This document shows, one piece after another, positions 9,756 to 19,450 of a stretch of DNA of 64,000 nucleotides (positions are counted from its first letter, which is position 1; every line of letters begins with the position of its first letter). Position numbers and translations under genes: made by a program. Source of the stretch: an uncultured Candidatus Saccharibacteria bacterium (lineage in GTDB: Bacteria; Patescibacteriota; Saccharimonadia; UBA4664; CAZJNH01); assembly GCA_964547425.1 (NCBI GenBank), contig CAZJNH010000002.1:1028-65027 (forward strand), given 5' to 3'. The notes beneath the pieces were generated by a model. That model had not been told where the DNA came from, made no database searches, and saw only the letters and a list, made by a program, of their open reading frames with translations.

Positions 9756-11201
9756 ATGGAAAAGTTCTATATAACGACGCCGATTTACTACATCAACGAC
9801 GTGCCGCACATCGGGCACGCTTATTCGACGATCGCCGCCGACGCGCTGGCACGCTATCATCGGGACAAGGGCGCCCGGGTTTTGCTGTCGACCGGTGTTG
9901 ATGAAAACGGCCAAAAAACCGTCGATGCCGCCGTCAAAGCTGGAGAAGCCTCAACCGCCAAATACGCCACGACGATGGCCGCGGCCTGGCAAAAGACTTG
10001 GGACTCACTGGGCATTAAATACGACGACTTTATCCGTACTTCGGCCGCTCGCCACGTTACCGCCGTCAACGCTTTTTTCGCCAAGGTGAAAAAAGGCGAT
10101 ATCTACAAAGGCCAATACGAAGGGCTGTACTGCGTTGGCCACGAGGCTTTTATGAAAGAAGACGAGCTGGTCGACGGCAAGTGTCCGGAGCACGGTACCG
10201 CTCCTCAAAAAGTTAAAGAAGAAAACTACTTTTTTAAATTAAGTAATTACCAAAAACCGCTGCTCGATTACATTACCCAAAACCCGACCTTCATTCAGCC
10301 CGAAGCCCGCCGCAACGAAATACTGGCTTTCATCCAAAGTGGGCTCGAGGACTTCAGTATTTCCCGGCAAAAAACGAAGTGGGGCATTCCGTTTCCGGGT
10401 GACCCAAACCAGGTCCTGTACGTCTGGTTCGACGCGCTGATCAATTACTTGACGGTCGCCGGATACCCGGCCGACACCTATGGGCAATGGTGGCCAGCGG
10501 ACCTGCACTTAATCGGCAAAGACATTATTCGTTTCCACTGCGTCTACTGGCCGGCGATGCTCTTAAGCGCCGGATTGCCCCTGCCCAAAGCCGTTTTCGC
10601 TCACGGTTTTTTTACCATCGACGGCCAGAAAATTTCTAAGTCTTTAGGCAACACCATTAGCCCCGGCGAGCTGGCCAAGCAATATGGCATCGACGCCCTG
10701 CGATATTATTTACTGCGTGAAATTCCGTTTGGCGCCGACGGCGATTTTAACCACGCCCGGTTCGAAGTGGTCTACGAGTCGGAGCTCGCCAACGATTTGG
10801 GCAACGCCGTCCAGCGCACGGCATCGATGATCCAGCAGTACTTCAAAGGCGCCATCGGCCCGGTTCCCGAAGTCGTGCACGATACCGGCCCGTACCATAC
10901 CGCCATGGTCGAGTTCAAGCTAGATAAGGCTTTAGCCGAAATTATGGAATTGGTTCGTGGGCTGAACCAATACATCGACGAGGAAAAACCCTGGGAGCTG
11001 GCCAAAACCGATCCCGTGCAATTGCAAGCGGTGCTGGGCCACGCCGTTAGCGACCTACTCGAGGTGTCGGCCATGATTGAACCGTTTATGCCTCAAACTG
11101 CGCTCAAAATTATGAAGATTTTTAAGGGCCCGGTTGTCGATATGAGCGCCGGAGTATTGTTTCCCAAAAAAGAGCGTCCGGCCAAAAAAACCGAGATTTA
11201 A
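9756..11201 (+). CDS. metG: methionyl-tRNA synthetase (short form without a C-terminal tRNA-binding domain)
   Basis: HIGH motif (PHIGHAYS), KMSKS-type KISKS, class I Rossmann core; 481 aa. Confidence 0.9.
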   Translation: MEKFYITTPIYYINDVPHIGHAYSTIAADALARYHRDKGARVLLSTGVDENGQKTVDAAVKAGEASTAKYATTMAAAWQKTWDSLGIKYDDFIRTSAARHVTAVNAFFAKVKKGDIYKGQYEGLYCVGHEAFMKEDELVDGKCPEHGTAPQKVKEENYFFKLSNYQKPLLDYITQNPTFIQPEARRNEILAFIQSGLEDFSISRQKTKWGIPFPGDPNQVLYVWFDALINYLTVAGYPADTYGQWWPADLHLIGKDIIRFHCVYWPAMLLSAGLPLPKAVFAHGFFTIDGQKISKSLGNTISPGELAKQYGIDALRYYLLREIPFGADGDFNHARFEVVYESELANDLGNAVQRTASMIQQYFKGAIGPVPEVVHDTGPYHTAMVEFKLDKALAEIMELVRGLNQYIDEEKPWELAKTDPVQLQAVLGHAVSDLLEVSAMIEPFMPQTALKIMKIFKGPVVDMSAGVLFPKKERPAKKTEI

Positions 11202-11211
11202 GCCGATCGTC

Positions 11212-11970
11212 ATGCTTATCGATAGCCACGCCCATCTGCATTTTGACCAGTACCGCGACCAGCTCGATGATGTTTTAGAACGATCCAAAGTAGCAGGGGT
11301 GACCAAGATTGTTACCGTGGGTGTGGATGATACCGATAGCCAAGCGGCTGTCGAGCTAGCGGGCCAGCATAATTCTATTTATGCGTCGGTGGGGTTGCAT
11401 CCGCACGAAGCTAAACGGGGCCAGGCGGCGATTGATCGGGTAAAAGCTCTGGCAAAACAACCGAAGGTTGTAGCGATCGGGGAGTGTGGGCTGGATTATT
11501 ACCGCAACCTGTCACCCAAGGATGAGCAGGAAATGGCCCTGCGCCAGCAAATCGAGCTGGCGGGATCTCTTGGGCTTCCAATAATTTTTCATGTCCGCGA
11601 CGCTTTTGCCGACTTCAAACGGATCGTTGCCGACTACCCAGAAGCTAAAGGCATCATTCACAGTTTTAGCGACTCGCCCGAAAACGCGGAGTGGCTAGTG
11701 GGGCGGGGCTTTCTAATCGGATTAAATGGCATTATGACTTTCACTAAGGACGAGGAGCAGTTACGGGCTGCCAAGACTATTCCTCTTGAAAACCTAGTCC
11801 TCGAAACCGATTGTCCATTTTTGTCGCCCGCGCCGAAACGGGGTCAGGTTAATGAACCAGCTAACATCGAGATCATCGCCCGTTTCCTGGCTAGTATCCG
11901 CGGCGAGTCATTCGAAGAGCTAGCCCGTCAAACCACCGCCAACGCCGAAATGCTACTTAAATTGATTTAG
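11212..11970 (+). CDS. tatD: TatD-family metal-dependent DNase/hydrolase
   Basis: N-terminal IDSHAHL motif and conserved His/Asp/Glu pattern of TatD. Confidence 0.85.
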   Translation: MLIDSHAHLHFDQYRDQLDDVLERSKVAGVTKIVTVGVDDTDSQAAVELAGQHNSIYASVGLHPHEAKRGQAAIDRVKALAKQPKVVAIGECGLDYYRNLSPKDEQEMALRQQIELAGSLGLPIIFHVRDAFADFKRIVADYPEAKGIIHSFSDSPENAEWLVGRGFLIGLNGIMTFTKDEEQLRAAKTIPLENLVLETDCPFLSPAPKRGQVNEPANIEIIARFLASIRGESFEELARQTTANAEMLLKLI

Positions 11971-11990
11971 GGGTTGAACCCCTAATATGG
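11964..11990. repeat. REP-like palindrome (family 1, core GGGGTTGAACCCC), left flank of the transposase
   Basis: ATTTAGGGGTTGAACCCCTAATA directly after the tatD stop; recurs at 12521..12549. Confidence 0.8.
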
Positions 11991-12002
11991 TATCCTCGTC
12001 AA

Positions 12003-12557
12003 ATGCCAAGCAAGAATGTGATTCGAGAATTAGCAGCGGGAGAGTATTATCATGTCTTTAATAGGGGTATAGATAAATCTCTCGTCTTTAAAACGAAGAA
12101 TGATTACGGGGTATTTCTTTATTATCTAGAGTCTTTTCTTTCGGACCCTTCGCGCGTTAGCTCATCGAATCCCTACCGAACCAACTATCAAGGCCGGGTA
12201 AGGCTGGTTTGTTATTGCTTAATGCCTAATCATTATCATCTTTTCGTACAGCAAGTAGATGATAATGGCTTACCTGATTTCATGAGGGCATTGGCTAACG
12301 CCTATACGCAATATTTCAATACTACTTACGACAGGGTTGGCCCAGTATTCCAAGGTCGATATAAGGCAGTCCGCATACAGAACGACCCGCACTTTAAAGG
12401 TATTAGTCGGTATATTCACGAGAATCCCAAAGACTTATGTTCTGACTTCCGGAATTATCCATACTCAAGCTATAAGTTTTTTTCTGATAAAGCGCCGGAT
12501 TGGATTCATTTTGGAGAGCTAAAATTAGGGGTTGAACCCCTAATAAAGGCTTTATGA
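12003..12557 (+). CDS. tnpA: IS200/IS605-family Y1 (HuH) transposase-like protein, REP-associated tyrosine transposase (RAYT)-like
   Basis: HuH motif MPNHYHLFVQ and a catalytic Tyr region (GRYKAV), about 184 aa, flanked by direct copies of a palindromic repeat; its C-terminal residues are encoded by the repeat itself. Confidence 0.8.
   Translation: MPSKNVIRELAAGEYYHVFNRGIDKSLVFKTKNDYGVFLYYLESFLSDPSRVSSSNPYRTNYQGRVRLVCYCLMPNHYHLFVQQVDDNGLPDFMRALANAYTQYFNTTYDRVGPVFQGRYKAVRIQNDPHFKGISRYIHENPKDLCSDFRNYPYSSYKFFSDKAPDWIHFGELKLGVEPLIKAL
12521..12549. repeat. REP-like palindrome (family 1), right flank of the transposase
   Basis: AAAATTAGGGGTTGAACCCCTAATAAAGG; direct repeat of the 11964..11990 element. 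Confidence 0.8.
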
Positions 12558-13744
12558 AGCCAGATACACCAGTTTATTTAGATTACGCCGCGGCTACAAC
12601 GCTTGACTCAACGGTCTTAAAAGCGATGCGGCCTTTCCTGAGCGACCGGTTTTACAATCCATCCAGCCTGTATCGAGCGGCGCGAGAGGTTAAAAAAGAG
12701 GTCGAAGCTGCCCGAGCCAGAGTCGCGGCCATATTAGGGGCCAAGCCGACCGAAATTATTTTTACCTCCGGCGCGACCGAAAGCGTTAATCTGGCGATCC
12801 TAGGCACGTCACGCAATTATCCAAAATCCAAAATCCTGGCTTTAGCCACCGAACATCACGCGGTGTTAAATTCGCTCGATGCTTTACATGGCGAAGGTTT
12901 TAAAACGGAGCTAATCCCCGTAGATGCCAAAGGGCGGATCGATTTAGACGCCCTCGAAAAATTAATCGATGACCAAACACTCCTCGTTAGCGTGGCCTAT
13001 GCTAATAACGAGACTGGGACTATTCAGTCTATTAGCCAGATTGCCCAGCTCATTAAAAAGCATCGACTGGCCCGCCAAAAAAGAGGTATCGATTTGCCGC
13101 TATATTTTCATACTGATGCCTCTGCGGCAGCTGCATATTTGCCGTTAAGCGTTGAGAGGCTTGGGGTTGACCTGTTGAGCCTCGGTGGCGGCAAAATCTA
13201 CGGGCCGCCGGGGTCAGGGATTTTATATGCGCGTCGCGGCATCGAGCTTAAACCCTTAACTTACGGTGGCGGGCAGGAAAAAGGCCGGCGATCGGGGACC
13301 GAAGGAGCTGCATTGATTATCGGTTTGGCGGCAGCCCTGGAGCTGACACAAGAACTGCGCCAGCTCGAGGGTGATCGCTTAATGAAACTTCGTGATCTAG
13401 CGATCAGTCGATTGCGCGAAGTCGAGGGCATCGAAATCAATGGCGACCTCAAACACCGGCTGCCAAATAACCTTAATTTTTCCGTTGACGGAACCGACGG
13501 AGAAAGTTTGGTTTTGTATCTGGATGAAGCTGGAGTGCAGGTATCAACCGGCGCCGCCTGCACTACCTCCTCCGCTGAACCTTCTCACGTTTTGTTGGCG
13601 CTGGGGCTATCAAAAGAGCAGGCAAACTCTAATTTAAGGGTGACAATGGGCAGGGGAACAACCGCGGATGATATTGAGTATTTCATCGAAGCTTTGGCCA
13701 AAACGGCCAAGCGGCTAAGAGAAATTGATAGAATAGAGCGATGA
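12554..13744 (+). CDS. cysteine desulfurase (class V aminotransferase, NifS/IscS-like)
   Basis: PLP-lysine region GGGKIYGPPGSGILYARRG and overall class-V fold; start overlaps the tnpA stop. Confidence 0.8.
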   Translation: MKPDTPVYLDYAAATTLDSTVLKAMRPFLSDRFYNPSSLYRAAREVKKEVEAARARVAAILGAKPTEIIFTSGATESVNLAILGTSRNYPKSKILALATEHHAVLNSLDALHGEGFKTELIPVDAKGRIDLDALEKLIDDQTLLVSVAYANNETGTIQSISQIAQLIKKHRLARQKRGIDLPLYFHTDASAAAAYLPLSVERLGVDLLSLGGGKIYGPPGSGILYARRGIELKPLTYGGGQEKGRRSGTEGAALIIGLAAALELTQELRQLEGDRLMKLRDLAISRLREVEGIEINGDLKHRLPNNLNFSVDGTDGESLVLYLDEAGVQVSTGAACTTSSAEPSHVLLALGLSKEQANSNLRVTMGRGTTADDIEYFIEALAKTAKRLREIDRIER

Positions 13745-14325
13745 AGGGTTTTTTGGCTTTAGGCGCGGCTATAGTCCTGACTCTGGCTGCCATAGTATTT
13801 TTTGGCATCGGCTTTTATCTGTCGCCCCAAAGTAAACTCGAGCACGCCGACGCGATCGTGGCGATTAGCGGCGGAGAAACCGATTCGCGAGTTAGTGAAG
13901 CGGTCAAACTTTATAAAGATGGCTGGTCGCACCAGCTGATTTTCTCCGGGGCGGCGCGGGACACCAGCGGGCCTTCCAACGCGTCAGCGATGCGGCGGGA
14001 AGCCGTTAACCTGGGCGTACCGACTACCGACATCACAATCGAAGAAAAATCTACGAGTACCAAGCAAAACGCCGAGTACGTCGGCAGCATCATTAAAGAA
14101 CGAGGTTACAGCAGTATCATTCTGGTTACTTCGCCTTACCACCAGCGGCGGGCCAATCTGGCGTTTCACAAATCGTTGGGCAAAGGCGTGCGAATTATCA
14201 ACCACTCGGCGGTCGACAAAAACTGGCGGCGCTCGAGATGGTGGGCCAATCCGCGCAGTTTCGCTTTGACGGTGGCGGAATTAGCCAAAAACCTGTTTGT
14301 AATAGTGGGCGGTAACCCGGCCTAA
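13741..14325 (+). CDS. DUF218 (YdcF/SanA-like) domain protein with an N-terminal TM
   Basis: ISGGETDSR .. LIFSGAA .. TSTKQNAEY .. LVTSPYHQRRA pattern characteristic of DUF218. Confidence 0.6.
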   Translation: MKGFLALGAAIVLTLAAIVFFGIGFYLSPQSKLEHADAIVAISGGETDSRVSEAVKLYKDGWSHQLIFSGAARDTSGPSNASAMRREAVNLGVPTTDITIEEKSTSTKQNAEYVGSIIKERGYSSIILVTSPYHQRRANLAFHKSLGKGVRIINHSAVDKNWRRSRWWANPRSFALTVAELAKNLFVIVGGNPA

Positions 14326-15287
14326 TGCCTTTCGTCATTTCATTAATCCTGATAGTTATCCTGGCGCTATCCGCCGTGCGCGGCTGGCGATTAGGGCTAG
14401 AGGTATTGGCGGTAGATTTAGGCGGTCTTTTGCTGGCAACGGCAGCCGCCAGCTTAACTTACCTCTTGGTCGCGCGGCTGTTGGCCAAGGTTGGCTCAAT
14501 CCCGGCGGCGTTTGCCAGCTTAGCGGCGTTTTTGCTGGTATGGTTTGGCGTAGAGTTTTTATACCGGTTGGGCATCCACCTGATCGTGGTACGCAAAGTG
14601 GCCCACCTGCCGAACAGCCCTAGTACCGGAAACCGGCTTGGCGGCGCGGCCCTTGGCCTGATGCAAATGTTGCTGGTCGCCTCGCTAAGTCTAATGGTGC
14701 TATTGGCTCTGCCGCTGGGAGGGAACTTTAAAGATAATCTCGGCAAAGCTTTTGTCTCGCGGCAGCTGATCGCGGCCGGTAGCCGTTACCAACAGCAAGT
14801 TAATAACGTCGTCTCAGACCTATCAGAAACGCTCACCTTCTTGACCGTTAAGCCGAAGGGCGAAGAAAGCATTAAGCTCGGTTTCACTACTACGTCGGTG
14901 AGCGTCGATGAGTCGGCTGAGTTGTCGATGCTGGACTTGGTTAACCACGAACGCACCAGCCGGGGATTACAGCCGCTAGTGATGGACGATCAGATCAGAG
15001 AGATCGCCCGCGCGCACTCAAAAGATATGTTTGCCCGGGGTTATTTTTCGCACGTCACCCCCGAAGGATTAGACCCATTCGACCGGATGAGGGCGGGAGG
15101 TATCAAGTTTTTTGCGGCCGGTGAAAACCTTGCCTTGGCTCCTACGCTAGACTTGGCCCACGCCGGGCTGATGAATTCGCCGGGACACCGCGCTAATATT
15201 CTAGAGTCATCGTTCCACCGCGTCGGTATCGGCGTTATCGACGGCGGCATTTACGGCAAAATGTTCACCCAGGACTTTGCCGACTAG
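14325..15287 (+). CDS. CvpA-like membrane N-terminus fused to a CAP/SCP (YkwD-like) domain
   Basis: Three N-terminal TM helices; the C-terminus matches the YkwD family (AHSKDMFARGYFSHVTPEG..DRMRAGG..AGENLA..MNSPGHRANIL). Confidence 0.65.
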   Translation: MPFVISLILIVILALSAVRGWRLGLEVLAVDLGGLLLATAAASLTYLLVARLLAKVGSIPAAFASLAAFLLVWFGVEFLYRLGIHLIVVRKVAHLPNSPSTGNRLGGAALGLMQMLLVASLSLMVLLALPLGGNFKDNLGKAFVSRQLIAAGSRYQQQVNNVVSDLSETLTFLTVKPKGEESIKLGFTTTSVSVDESAELSMLDLVNHERTSRGLQPLVMDDQIREIARAHSKDMFARGYFSHVTPEGLDPFDRMRAGGIKFFAAGENLALAPTLDLAHAGLMNSPGHRANILESSFHRVGIGVIDGGIYGKMFTQDFAD

Positions 15288-15661
15288 CAAAGGTAGGCAT
15301 TCCAGGTGGAACTGCCGCTTGAGACGTGAACCTGCAATGTTGAGCTTGCTCCAGCCGCGTACCTGAACGAGCCGCTGCCGGTACCGAAACTATACCCCAC
15401 GGCAGAACCGGAATTGTAAAGTTTCCAGGACCCGCGAGTGTTGGCTTTGGTGTTCCAGTTGGCGCAAACGTGTGTTTTGCTAGCGTTTCTAAAGCCATGA
15501 GTCCAGGTTACCCCGGCATTGATGACAACTCCGCCTGACGCGAAAGTAGTAATTAATAAGCCGACCCCCAGAAGTAGTGCGAGTGCAAAAATTGAAACTC
15601 CGACGACCTTTTTGGGGATGCTCGGACGTTTAATTAATCCGTTTATGCCTTTTTTCGCCAA
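15284..15661 (-). CDS. small secreted protein of unknown function
   Basis: 125 aa with a signal anchor, Gly/Ser-rich, two Cys; convergent with the cvpA-CAP gene. Confidence 0.4.
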   Translation of the reverse strand: MAKKGINGLIKRPSIPKKVVGVSIFALALLLGVGLLITTFASGGVVINAGVTWTHGFRNASKTHVCANWNTKANTRGSWKLYNSGSAVGYSFGTGSGSFRYAAGASSTLQVHVSSGSSTWNAYLC

Positions 15662-15776
15662 AAATATCTCCTTTTTTTGTTTTTGAAATTAATGCTTATG
15701 CTTTAGATTAACGGCCGTAACAGGGGAAGTCAATGTTGTCGACAGGTGTAGGCCAGGGCGGTAAAATAACTAGCTG

Positions 15777-16823
15777 ATGAAGACAGTTTACGTTGGATTA
15801 TCCGGAGGGGTCGACAGCTCGGTGGCCGCGGCGCTTCTGCTGCAGCAAGGTTACCGGGTGGTTGGCGTATATATGAAAAACTGGACCGCTTCGGTCGGAG
15901 GCGTCGATTGCCCTTGGCAGCAGGACCTAACCGACGCACGGGCTGCCGCGGCAAAACTCGATATTCCGTTCAAGGTTTTTGATTTCCAGGAGCAGTATCG
16001 CGACAGGGTGGTCGAATATATGATCGAGGGCTATAAAAGCGGCCAAACGCCTAATCCCGACATTATGTGCAACCAGGAGATCAAATTTAAGTTGTTTTTG
16101 GATGCCGCATTGGCCGACGGGGCCGATCTAATCGCCACCGGCCACTACGCTCGGCTCAAAGACGGCCAATTGCTCAAAGCCGTCGATGAGTCAAAGGACC
16201 AAACTTACTTCCTTTATAGAGTCACCAAGCACGCACTCGAGAAAACTTTGATGCCGATCGGTGAGCTGCGCAAAACCGAAGTACGAAAATTAGCTAAACA
16301 ATTTAATTTGCCGACCGCCGATAAACCCGATTCGCAAGGCATTTGTTTTATTGGAGAGGTCAGTATTAAAGATTTCCTGTCGGAGTACGTTAAGGCCAAG
16401 CCCGGTTCGATTATGCTCGGTGATGAGGTAATAGGCGAACATCATGGCGCAATTTTCTACACCATCGGCCAGCGCCACGGTTTGCATCTGGGAATCGGCA
16501 AGCCGCTGTGGGTGATTGGCAAGGATATGAAATCCAATACCGTTTTAGTCACCGACAAACCTCAAGATCTGGAGTTGTTCACCAAAGAGTTCGTAATTGA
16601 AGACATCCATTGGATCGACGAAGAGCCGGTTTCCGGTAATAAATATCAGGTTCATACCCGTTATCGAGACGAACTTAAAGATTGTGAGATCGATGGCAGC
16701 ACTATCAAGATGAACCGGACTGAGAGAGCGGTGACCCCCGGGCAATCGGCGGTGATTTATGACGGTGAAAAAGTCCTGGGCGGTGGCGTGATTACCGTAA
16801 AACGCTTAGCTAAAGTAAAATAA
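15777..16823 (+). CDS. mnmA: tRNA-specific 2-thiouridylase
   Basis: PP-loop SGGVDSSV, CNQEIKF and C-terminal MnmA domains. Confidence 0.9.
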   Translation: MKTVYVGLSGGVDSSVAAALLLQQGYRVVGVYMKNWTASVGGVDCPWQQDLTDARAAAAKLDIPFKVFDFQEQYRDRVVEYMIEGYKSGQTPNPDIMCNQEIKFKLFLDAALADGADLIATGHYARLKDGQLLKAVDESKDQTYFLYRVTKHALEKTLMPIGELRKTEVRKLAKQFNLPTADKPDSQGICFIGEVSIKDFLSEYVKAKPGSIMLGDEVIGEHHGAIFYTIGQRHGLHLGIGKPLWVIGKDMKSNTVLVTDKPQDLELFTKEFVIEDIHWIDEEPVSGNKYQVHTRYRDELKDCEIDGSTIKMNRTERAVTPGQSAVIYDGEKVLGGGVITVKRLAKVK

Positions 16824-16828
16824 GGCTA

Positions 16829-18631
16829 ATGACTACCAACGAATTGCGGTCGAAATATCTGGAGTTTTTTAAATCCAAAAGGCACACCATCATCCCTTCA
16901 GCGCCGATAGTGCCGGAGCATGATCCGACGACGCTGTTTAACAGCGCCGGCATGCAGCCATTGGTTCCGAATTTGCTGGGCGAGCCCCATCCTGCAGGCA
17001 AACGAATCGCCGACGTCCAGAAATGTTTGCGCACCACCGACATCGACGAGGTTGGGGACGAAACCCACCTAACAATGTTTGAGATGCTGGGCAACTGGAG
17101 CTTTGGCGATTACTTCAAAAAAGAGTCGATCGCGATGAGCTGGGAGTTTTTGACCGACCCAAAGTGGCTGGGGATTGATCCGAAAAAGCTATATATCACA
17201 GTTTATGAAGGTGACGCGGAGGTGCCTAAGGATTCTGAATCGGTTGAGTATTGGCAGGAACATTTTAAGTCCGTCGGTATGGACGCCAAAGAAGGGGAGC
17301 GGATCATTGCGCTGGGCAAGGACGACAACTGGTGGGAGCAGGGCGGGGTAGAGACTGGTCCCGCGGGTCCAGATACTGAAATTTTTTATTACCTGGGAGA
17401 TGAGGAAAATCCAAAGTTCGAGTATGCGGACCAATCCAAGTACGTCGAAATTTGGAATAACGTCTTTTTAACCTATCAGCGCCAAAAAGAGGGCGGCTAC
17501 AAAGAGCTGGAACAGAAAAACGTCGATACCGGTATGGGAGTTGAGCGTACCGCCGCCGCTTTGGAGGGAGTTAAAACCGTCTACGACACCGATCTACTGA
17601 GTCAAATCGGCTATACAATCACCGGACTAGCTAGCGAGGAGTTTGACCAAGTATTCCTTGAGACCGATCAAAACATGGGCAGGGCGATTCGGATTATCAC
17701 CGACCATCTGCGGGCAGCCACTTTCTTGGCGGCGGATGGAGTCCAACCCAGCAACACCGAGCAAGGCTACGTTATGCGACGGCTAATGCGCCGGGCGATT
17801 CGCCAGGGACTGGTGCTTGGGATTAAATCCGGCTTGAGCGAGACCGTCGGCGTTAAAGTAATCGAATTATACGGCGAGGTTTATTCGGAATTAACAGATC
17901 AGCAGAACCTCATTTTGGACATTCTCACAAAGGAAGAAGAACAGTTTAGAAAAACGCTGGATCGCGGGGTGCGTGAGTTCACCCGGGAGGTCAAAGATAA
18001 ACTAACCGGCGAAACCGCCTTTCGGTTGTTTGATACGTATGGCTTCCCCCCGGAGTTGTCGGTCGAGGATGCTAAACGGTTAAATATTCCGATTGATCCG
18101 AACTGGGACGAAGATTTTCAGCGGCTGATGAATGAGCAAAAAGAACGCTCGCGGACCGCGACCGCCGGCGTCTTTAAGGGTGGCCTAGCCGATCATTCTG
18201 AGCAGGTGACCAAGTACCACACCGCTAATCATTTGATGTACGCGGCGCTTCGACACGTACTCGGCAATCATGTTATTCAGCGAGGCTCGAACATCACCGA
18301 AGAAAGATTAAGGTTTGATTTTTCACATACCGAAAAAGTCACGCCCGAACAACTCAAAGAAGTTGAAGAGATCGTTAACCACCAGATTCATCGCGATTTG
18401 CCGGTGACGATGGAGGAATTACCAACCCAAGATGCCTTTGCGGCTGGCGCCATCGGTGCGTTTGGCGATAAATACGGCGACACCGTGAAGGTCTACACTA
18501 TCGGCGACTTTAGCAAAGAAATCTGCGGCGGCCCGCACGTAGAACAAACCGGCGTCCTTGGCCACTTCAAAATAACCAAAGAAGAATCCTCCTCTGCCGG
18601 CGTCCGCCGCATCAAAGCCACCCTAGCCTAA
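16829..18631 (+). CDS. alaS: alanyl-tRNA synthetase, short form (catalytic plus editing core, no C-Ala domain)
   Basis: Class II AlaRS N-terminus, editing-domain HxxxH (HTANHLMYAALRH) and CGGPHV; only 600 aa. Confidence 0.85.
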   Translation: MTTNELRSKYLEFFKSKRHTIIPSAPIVPEHDPTTLFNSAGMQPLVPNLLGEPHPAGKRIADVQKCLRTTDIDEVGDETHLTMFEMLGNWSFGDYFKKESIAMSWEFLTDPKWLGIDPKKLYITVYEGDAEVPKDSESVEYWQEHFKSVGMDAKEGERIIALGKDDNWWEQGGVETGPAGPDTEIFYYLGDEENPKFEYADQSKYVEIWNNVFLTYQRQKEGGYKELEQKNVDTGMGVERTAAALEGVKTVYDTDLLSQIGYTITGLASEEFDQVFLETDQNMGRAIRIITDHLRAATFLAADGVQPSNTEQGYVMRRLMRRAIRQGLVLGIKSGLSETVGVKVIELYGEVYSELTDQQNLILDILTKEEEQFRKTLDRGVREFTREVKDKLTGETAFRLFDTYGFPPELSVEDAKRLNIPIDPNWDEDFQRLMNEQKERSRTATAGVFKGGLADHSEQVTKYHTANHLMYAALRHVLGNHVIQRGSNITEERLRFDFSHTEKVTPEQLKEVEEIVNHQIHRDLPVTMEELPTQDAFAAGAIGAFGDKYGDTVKVYTIGDFSKEICGGPHVEQTGVLGHFKITKEESSSAGVRRIKATLA

Positions 18632-18633
18632 CC

Positions 18634-18700
18634 CACCTTGTACTTTTCTAACCTGAAAAGGGTTACACCCTTAACAGATAAGCAAATTACATGTTTTTTG
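18634..18700. repeat. REP-like palindromic element, family 2 (copy A)
   Basis: CCTTGTACTTTTCTAACCTGAAAAGGGTTACACCCTTAACAGATAAGCAAATTACATGTTTTTT; one of five copies in the window. Confidence 0.8.
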
Positions 18701-18728
18701 GAAAAATTGACTCAAATTAATTAATGAA

Positions 18729-19394
18729 TTGCGGTTGTTTACTTGGGCAAGTAAAGCGGTTATGCTTTTGATTATGAAAATTATCAAAGATCAGCGCGGT
18801 TTCGCTCTTGTCCTCGAGTTTATTCTGGTGGCCGCGGTCGCGCTCGTCATTGGCGCCGTCGGTTATCGGTATTGGCAGAATAAGCATAAGGCTGCCCCAG
18901 TGACAACCGAAAAGAAAGCTGAAGCGCCGAAAGCTGCCCCGAAACCGACCACAATTTCAGAGAGAACGTTTACACTGACCCTACCGGTAGGCTGGAAAGC
19001 GGGTCACGCCAATGATCCCAAGATAGGTAATGGGTACTTCAGGCAGTGCCGAGCAGTGCCGAATGCGGAAGTGCCCGAGTACGACTACTGTTATGAGGAC
19101 AAATCCGGCAACTTCTTTGATGTCTTAGTAGACCCGGGCGGTAGAGAAATCGGGAACGACGTCGTATGGACACTATCCAAGACCACAGCCGGGTTCAAGA
19201 TTGCGTCTGAAAGTAAGATATGTAAGGTGGGAGAATTCACTTGCGAAGCTGGTGATGGGAGGTTCCATATCTATATGCCTGGTGGGTTACATACCGGGCA
19301 TAACTATTTTTTCGAAGCAGGTAATATCGAGAAAGAAACAGGAGTAAGCGACCAGGTATATCGCGACATCCTAGCTAGCTTCAAAGTAAAATAA
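18729..19394 (+). CDS. type IV pilin-like protein (prepilin-type N-terminus), possibly a pseudopilin
   Basis: N-terminus KDQRGFALVLEFILVAAVALVIG resembles the prepilin leader, with Gly, hydrophobic residues and Glu near +5/+6; C-terminal region with four Cys; the true start may be an internal Met. Confidence 0.5.
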   Translation: MRLFTWASKAVMLLIMKIIKDQRGFALVLEFILVAAVALVIGAVGYRYWQNKHKAAPVTTEKKAEAPKAAPKPTTISERTFTLTLPVGWKAGHANDPKIGNGYFRQCRAVPNAEVPEYDYCYEDKSGNFFDVLVDPGGREIGNDVVWTLSKTTAGFKIASESKICKVGEFTCEAGDGRFHIYMPGGLHTGHNYFFEAGNIEKETGVSDQVYRDILASFKVK

Positions 19395-19426
19395 AGCCCG
19401 CCTAGAAGTTAGGGAGCATAAGCGGT

Positions 19427-19450
19427 AAAATGGGGGTTGACCCTAACTAA
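19427..19450. repeat. solo REP-like palindrome (family 1 variant, GGGGGTTGACCC)
   Basis: AAAATGGGGGTTGACCCTAACTAAA overlapping the annotated ftsA start. Confidence 0.55.
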
